A DNA stretch of 64,000 bases from an uncultured delta proteobacterium (GTDB taxonomy: Bacteria; Desulfobacterota; Binatia; UBA9968): the NCBI GenBank assembly GCA_963847445.1, contig CAWJZV010000023.1:96001-160000 (forward strand), written 5' to 3'. A program made the translations under genes and the position numbers. This document shows, piece by piece, positions 63,407 through 64,000 of the stretch (the stretch's first letter is position 1; every line of letters starts with the position of its first letter). The notes beneath the pieces were generated by a model. That model saw only the letters and a program-made list of their open reading frames with translations. It did not search any database and had not been told where the DNA came from.

Positions 63407-64000
63407 GGCAATGGATTGCCTTGAGTGTGATCGCGGTTTTACTTGTCACCGGTTCAACCTACGCCGGCGAGAGCGGCGAGAGTTACCATTGGACACCGGC
63501 GGAGATGAGTACCCGGCCCGCCAGCCGCAGCGGCCAACTGATGCGCAAAATCGCCGCTGTCCGGCTCTTGCCCGACGACATGGCGATGCCCAAGGACATC
63601 GATTGTCACGACGAACCTTGTAGGTTCGACTTGTATTATTTTTTCGGCAAGGGCTTTAACCTCGCCCGTCCCGAGCGCAAGAATATTTTATTCATTGCCG
63701 GCGGGCCCGGCCAACTCGTCGACAACGTTAACCAGATGGGTCGCATGCTCGGCCATCTAGAGGCTCGTCATAATGTGGTTTATTTCGACCTGCGCGGCGG
63801 TGGCCGCAGCGTGATCCCTGCGAGCAACAAGTTCGATCGTTTCCTGCGCGCTGAATACGTCGCCGACGACATCGAAAAAATCCGCAAAGCGGTGCTCAAC
63901 CACAGGCCCTGGGATGCGATCTACTCGCATAGTTGGGGCGCGCTGCCGGCGCAATTGTACGCGGCTCGATTCGGCTCCAATAAAGTGAAAACGCTGATCC
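63403..64000 (+). CDS. Exported alpha/beta-hydrolase, S33 prolyl-aminopeptidase-like (runs off the window end)
   Basis: Manual translation: signal peptide MRQWIALSVIAVLLV, IAGGPGQ, FDLRGGGRS, nucleophile SHSWG. ATG overlaps the NRPS TGA. Confidence 0.8.
   Translation, partial: MRQWIALSVIAVLLVTGSTYAGESGESYHWTPAEMSTRPASRSGQLMRKIAAVRLLPDDMAMPKDIDCHDEPCRFDLYYFFGKGFNLARPERKNILFIAGGPGQLVDNVNQMGRMLGHLEARHNVVYFDLRGGGRSVIPASNKFDRFLRAEYVADDIEKIRKAVLNHRPWDAIYSHSWGALPAQLYAARFGSNKVKTLI

Overview
GC-rich bacterial chromosome segment. Gene content and intergenic repeat types suggest Candidatus Binatia or a similar uncultured lineage (inference only). About 20 otherwise intact genes are split by single-base frameshifts, which most likely reflects uncorrected long-read errors. 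Positions 1-46 kb are a catabolic toolkit: six amidohydrolase_2 enzymes, three gentisate-1,2-dioxygenase-like cupins, a NahE-like aldolase, UbiD and Pht5-like decarboxylases, hydantoinase B, VOC and LLM enzymes, and many orphan ABC substrate-binding proteins. The same stretch holds rlmD, an orphan NorQ/NorD-type AAA+/VWA pair and a Doc-type toxin-antitoxin pair. An accessory patch at about 23-31.5 kb contains a synonymously recoded 82-bp duplicate of a gene 3' end, integron attC-like sites without an integrase, and a DUF1566 gene whose 3' end resembles a DGR variable region. Positions 46.5-64 kb encode a zinc-ribbon/adenylate cyclase/AAA/TPR protein, then a TE-less four-module NRPS (non-amino-acid-like starter A, Gly, Lys2-like A, beta-Ala, terminal C) coupled to an exported alpha/beta-hydrolase. 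Intergenic spacers are nested mosaics of REP-like and short-tandem hairpin repeats, and some of these sit in frame inside proteins. No rRNA, tRNA, CRISPR array, integrase, transposase or reverse transcriptase was seen.
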